43,227 nucleotides of DNA, from the sequence record SRR2962707_3453; one strand, 5' to 3'. The notes beneath the pieces are model-generated. The model made no database searches. It was not told the DNA's origin and saw only the letters and a program-made list of their open reading frames with translations. Shown one piece after another: positions 39,826 to 43,227 of the stretch. Numbering within the stretch: the first letter of the stretch is position 1; every line of letters begins with the position of its first letter. Position numbers and translations under genes: made by a program.

Positions 39826-40824
39826 CTAGGCCGGGTCTAGTAAGTCGGTCAGAACCTCAGCTGCGATAGAGAAGGACTTCAATCTCGCCTGATGGTCATG
39901 GATCATCCCCGTCACAATCATTTCGTCCGGTTGAAAATTGGTGATCAGTTGGCCCAGCTGCGCCTTGATCGTCGCGCGCGAACCTGTCGCTGAACAGGAC
40001 AGCGCCTGATTGACCTGTGCCATGACGGCGCGCGGCACATGCGCGGTGATATCGTCGACCGGACGCGGCAGTTTTCCGGGTTTACCAGTTCGTAAATTGG
40101 CAAACGCGAGAGTTTGCGAGGTGCGGAGAAATTCAGCCTCTGAATCCGTGTCCGCGGCACAAACCCCTGCCGCCATGATGGCATAGGGTTCCGACAACAC
40201 CTTGGACGGTTGGAAGGTCGACCGATAGATCTCCAAAGCCTCTTCGAGCATTGCAGGCGCAAAATGCGACGCAAAGGCATAAGGTAACCCCAGAAACGCG
40301 GCCAATTGTGCGCCATAGAGGCTGGAACCCAAAATCCAAACCGGCACAAGTGTCCCCATGCCAGGCACCGCTCGGACGGGTGCGTTGTCCGGCATATCCT
40401 CAAAATAGCCCATCAGCTCTTGGACATCCTTTGGAAAGCTGTCCTCGGGGGCCATGTGGCGACGCAAAGCCCGCATCGTTGCCATGTCCGTTCCGGGCGC
40501 GCGGCCCAATCCAAGGTCAATTCTATTCGGAAAGAGCGTGGCCAATGTCCCAAACTGTTCGGCAACCATCAGCGGGGCATGATTGGGCAACATGATGCCA
40601 CCTGCACCAACGCGTATGGATTTGGTCGCTGCCGCAACATGGCCGATCACCACAGCGGTTGCGGCGCTGGCGATGCCGGGCATGTTGTGATGCTCTGCCA
40701 GCCAATACCGGTGATACCCGGAAAGCTCAGCCGCTTGCGCCAACGCGACCGTGTTGGCCAAAGCGTTGGCTGCTGTTTGCCCCTCTGGGATCGGGGATAA
40801 ATCGAGAAGTGAGAATTTTTTCAT
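39826..40824 (-). CDS. LLM-class flavin-dependent oxidoreductase (luciferase family, YhbW-like)
   Basis: [54 protein letters not shown]. Confidence 0.93.
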   Translation of the reverse strand: MKKFSLLDLSPIPEGQTAANALANTVALAQAAELSGYHRYWLAEHHNMPGIASAATAVVIGHVAAATKSIRVGAGGIMLPNHAPLMVAEQFGTLATLFPNRIDLGLGRAPGTDMATMRALRRHMAPEDSFPKDVQELMGYFEDMPDNAPVRAVPGMGTLVPVWILGSSLYGAQLAAFLGLPYAFASHFAPAMLEEALEIYRSTFQPSKVLSEPYAIMAAGVCAADTDSEAEFLRTSQTLAFANLRTGKPGKLPRPVDDITAHVPRAVMAQVNQALSCSATGSRATIKAQLGQLITNFQPDEMIVTGMIHDHQARLKSFSIAAEVLTDLLDPA

Positions 40825-41049
40825 GGCCGTCTCCGTTCAAGCCAGACCTATGCACGGCGGGTGTGATGGACAAGGTCAATCGCAACCCACTGAGAAAACT
40901 ATGTCGTGGATGAGCAGCCCATTTTGACCCTTAGAAAGACGGCCGTTTTTGGAGACCGATTCAACAGGCCCAAGTGTGTCGCTTCTTTTGTATACCTAGC
41001 GGCGGGTTTCCAGGGCGCGGGCACGCAAGTTGCGTCTGTCCGGCAAAAT

Positions 41050-43086
41050 CTAAATCTGCCAGCCCAGCTGTTTGAGCCGCTTGATGATTTTCTGAACATG
41101 ACCCGGTTCATCAAGGTCGATCGCATTAAGCTTCCAGAACCAATAGATGTATTTTTCAAAGGAATGCTTCATGCCCTTTGCTTTTGCAAAAGCTGCTTTG
41201 TGGCCGAGCGTTGGAACCGACGCGCAGATGTGGTGAAAATCTATACCGGCAAACAAAACGGCGGGTTTCTTGTAAAACATACCGTGGAAGGCCGCGCTGG
41301 AATTCTGGGTGACAATCAGATCACAGGTAGCAAGCATGTCTTCCATCCTGTTTGTCTCGACCCGGAACATGGGGTGTCGGATTTGCAAATCCTCCAAGGC
41401 CTCCAGTTCGTCGGCTTGGTATGTTTCGTTTGGGTGCAAGGTGGCGACAATCGGCAGGTCAGTTTCGCGAAGCGTTGTTGTGATCATGTCGACGGGAGAC
41501 ATCGATTGAAACGATCTGGACTGCAACAGCTTGCCTTGCAGCGGCATATAGATGAAGCCGTCTGAAGAGGTTTGCGCCGCATTGTGACCCGTTTGTTGAT
41601 CCTGCCAATGCTCAAAAAACGCATGCGCCATGGTGGTCTCGACTTGGTCGGGAGCAAATTCTGCCCGCGCCAATTGCCAAAGCCACCGTTCCGCAACGGC
41701 TTCGATCCGATAAAACGCCCCAGCATATTGTTTGCGGAAAACCAATCCACTGGGACCAATGGGCTGCGACATGTGAACAAGACTGAGCGCGTCAATTCCA
41801 GCCTGAGCCCGATTGTGCGGTGTGTCCCGAACCAACCGGACATCCCGGTCTTTGCGCCGTCCAAGTTTCTCAAACGCGTTAACCATGTGATGATCGCCAT
41901 GCCGGGCGCGTTGCAGGCTATTTTGCGTCAAATAGAACGATATTGGCGATTTTTTCCGATCTTGTGAGGCGCCTTTCATCGCAAAGGCGTTGCGAGCAAT
42001 GGGGCGTAGCCGAGCAAGGGTCCGTTCTTTCGCCAATGTGCTGTCCTTGGCGTCGGGTTGGACGTGGATCAGCTCACCCAATATCTTGCTATACAATAGA
42101 AAATTCACGCTGGGGTCATTGGGGCCAACCAAGGTGTATCCCTGAAAGAACGCCTCTTTCGCATCATCAGGGACGACCTGTCCGGGCCGAAGATCAGAGG
42201 CTTTGCGCTCAATCGACGTGTAATCTAATAGAAATTTAGCGATGTCATGGCCAACTGGCCCGGGCTGATTTGAAGAGATATCAATCCCGGCCAGACATGT
42301 GCCGTCAAAAATCAGGTTCCGCATGTGAAAATCACCATGCTGGGCGGCGGCAATGGTTGGCTGGTTGTCAAATTCGGGGGCCATTTCCGCAAGTGCCTTG
42401 ATCCCGCGCAGAAAAAGTTGCCGCGCCGCGACTTGCTTTTCTCCGCTCAAAATCTGATCGCGCAGCGAGGTATAATACCGGACCGTGAATTGCGGTTTGA
42501 AATTCCGGGTCTCTATTGGGCCATGCCGATGATAGGCATCAAGCCAGCGTCCTGCTTGGGTCAAAAGGTCAAGTTGGCGTTGCGGGGTTTGGCGGGCCTG
42601 AAACATCGCTTCGGCCAGAGGGGTACCTTCAACATAGCCCAGCAAACTCGACTGGGTTTCTGGATCAACAAAAATCGGTTTTGGCAGGGTCAGTTGGTCT
42701 GAGTGTGGGAAGGCCCGGAAGGCCTGTTCCTGCATGCGGTAGGCCTCAAGGAAGGCGTCTGGCGCATGGGGGCGCCGTTGGAATTTAAAGGTAAAGCGCC
42801 CCATATTTGGATGTGCTGCCAGATAGCTGATCCTTGAAATCGTCGGGTCATCGCGTTTTGACAGGCAGGTCAGGCTCCAATCGGACGTTGGAAAGGCGGT
42901 ATCTGTGAGTAGCTTGCCCCAGGCATCAAGGGCAGAACGCTCTAATTCTGAGGGTGCCCCGGTGCCCAACATAAACGTCCAATCCCTTGCGACAGCTGAC
43001 TTATCCGCAAGGGTATCGCAGCCAGAGGCGGGGGGATAGACCTGTAATCCCCCATGGTCCGGGGCTTGCCGTGTCGATTGTGTCAT
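41050..43086 (-). CDS. Fusion: APH/choline-kinase-like phosphotransferase plus KpsS/capsule-synthesis-like glycosyltransferase
   Basis: N-half: FTFK, QHGDFHMRN catalytic loop, GID, HDIAKF. C-half: YMPLQ, ATLHP, VTQNSSAAFHG...KPAVLF, resembling KpsS/KpsC-type domains. Confidence 0.7.
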   Translation of the reverse strand: MTQSTRQAPDHGGLQVYPPASGCDTLADKSAVARDWTFMLGTGAPSELERSALDAWGKLLTDTAFPTSDWSLTCLSKRDDPTISRISYLAAHPNMGRFTFKFQRRPHAPDAFLEAYRMQEQAFRAFPHSDQLTLPKPIFVDPETQSSLLGYVEGTPLAEAMFQARQTPQRQLDLLTQAGRWLDAYHRHGPIETRNFKPQFTVRYYTSLRDQILSGEKQVAARQLFLRGIKALAEMAPEFDNQPTIAAAQHGDFHMRNLIFDGTCLAGIDISSNQPGPVGHDIAKFLLDYTSIERKASDLRPGQVVPDDAKEAFFQGYTLVGPNDPSVNFLLYSKILGELIHVQPDAKDSTLAKERTLARLRPIARNAFAMKGASQDRKKSPISFYLTQNSLQRARHGDHHMVNAFEKLGRRKDRDVRLVRDTPHNRAQAGIDALSLVHMSQPIGPSGLVFRKQYAGAFYRIEAVAERWLWQLARAEFAPDQVETTMAHAFFEHWQDQQTGHNAAQTSSDGFIYMPLQGKLLQSRSFQSMSPVDMITTTLRETDLPIVATLHPNETYQADELEALEDLQIRHPMFRVETNRMEDMLATCDLIVTQNSSAAFHGMFYKKPAVLFAGIDFHHICASVPTLGHKAAFAKAKGMKHSFEKYIYWFWKLNAIDLDEPGHVQKIIKRLKQLGWQI

Positions 43087-43152
43087 CCCAATTCACGGCG
43101 GTCTTGGGGTAAGCGCCACTTAGGCCGTGCAGACAACACCCGTGGCCCAACG

Positions 43153-43183
43153 AAAAACGGTGCCCTGAAAGGACACCGTTTTT
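43153..43183. terminator. Bidirectional Rho-independent terminator downstream of the tRNA
   Basis: AAAAACGGTG-CCCTGAAAGGA-CACCGTTTTT with A- and T-tracts on either side, 15 nt past the tRNA CCA. Confidence 0.8.
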
Positions 43184-43198
43184 ACGTCGTGAATAAAG

Positions 43199-43227
43199 TG
43201 GTAGGCCCGGCAGGACTTGAACCCGCA
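43199..43227 (-). tRNA. tRNA 3' end (T-arm, acceptor strand, CCA); probably tRNA-Ile, anticodon outside the window
   Basis: Reverse complement TGCGGGTTCAAGTCCTGCCGGGCCTACCA contains GGTTCAAGTCC T-loop and encoded CCA. Isotype is a guess from the acceptor stem. Confidence 0.88.

Noticed and set aside
41050-43227. tRNA-anchored genomic island
   Set aside because: No integrase, transposase or duplicated tRNA 3' end was found by eye in the window, and the tRNA retains its own terminator.
1-43227. CRISPR arrays, IS elements, prophage genes
   Set aside because: No regularly spaced direct repeats, transposase or phage hallmark motifs were seen.

Overview
A 43-kb chromosomal window from an alphaproteobacterium, most likely Rhodobacteraceae/Roseobacter group (inferred from gene content and protein style; roughly mid-50s % GC by eye). 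In order: the 5' part of a ureohydrolase (agmatinase/guanidinobutyrase) gene; a LysR regulator divergent from a MocD-like diiron 'desaturase' plus a xylose-isomerase-like TIM-barrel gene; a 1532-aa RTX/DUF4214 surface protein; an Fe-alcohol dehydrogenase; an AT-rich-led two-gene unit encoding a small secreted peptide and a HemK-like methyltransferase with a PqqD/RRE-like C-terminus; a complete 2-aminobenzoyl-CoA/salicylyl-CoA (abm-type) aromatic catabolic cluster with ABC uptake; an MFS transporter; a polar amino acid ABC transporter; a Tat-dependent peptide-type ABC transporter with a Rid protein and an amidase; a luciferase-like monooxygenase; a kinase/KpsS-like glycosyltransferase fusion; and the 3' end of a tRNA. 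No CRISPR array, transposase or integrase was seen. The best candidate for an undescribed system is the secreted peptide (two PGN[ST]xA motifs, C-terminal Cys pair) with its RRE-bearing amide N-methyltransferase at 10404-12094, a possible minimal RiPP-like system. All family calls come from motif recognition by eye; no database search was run.
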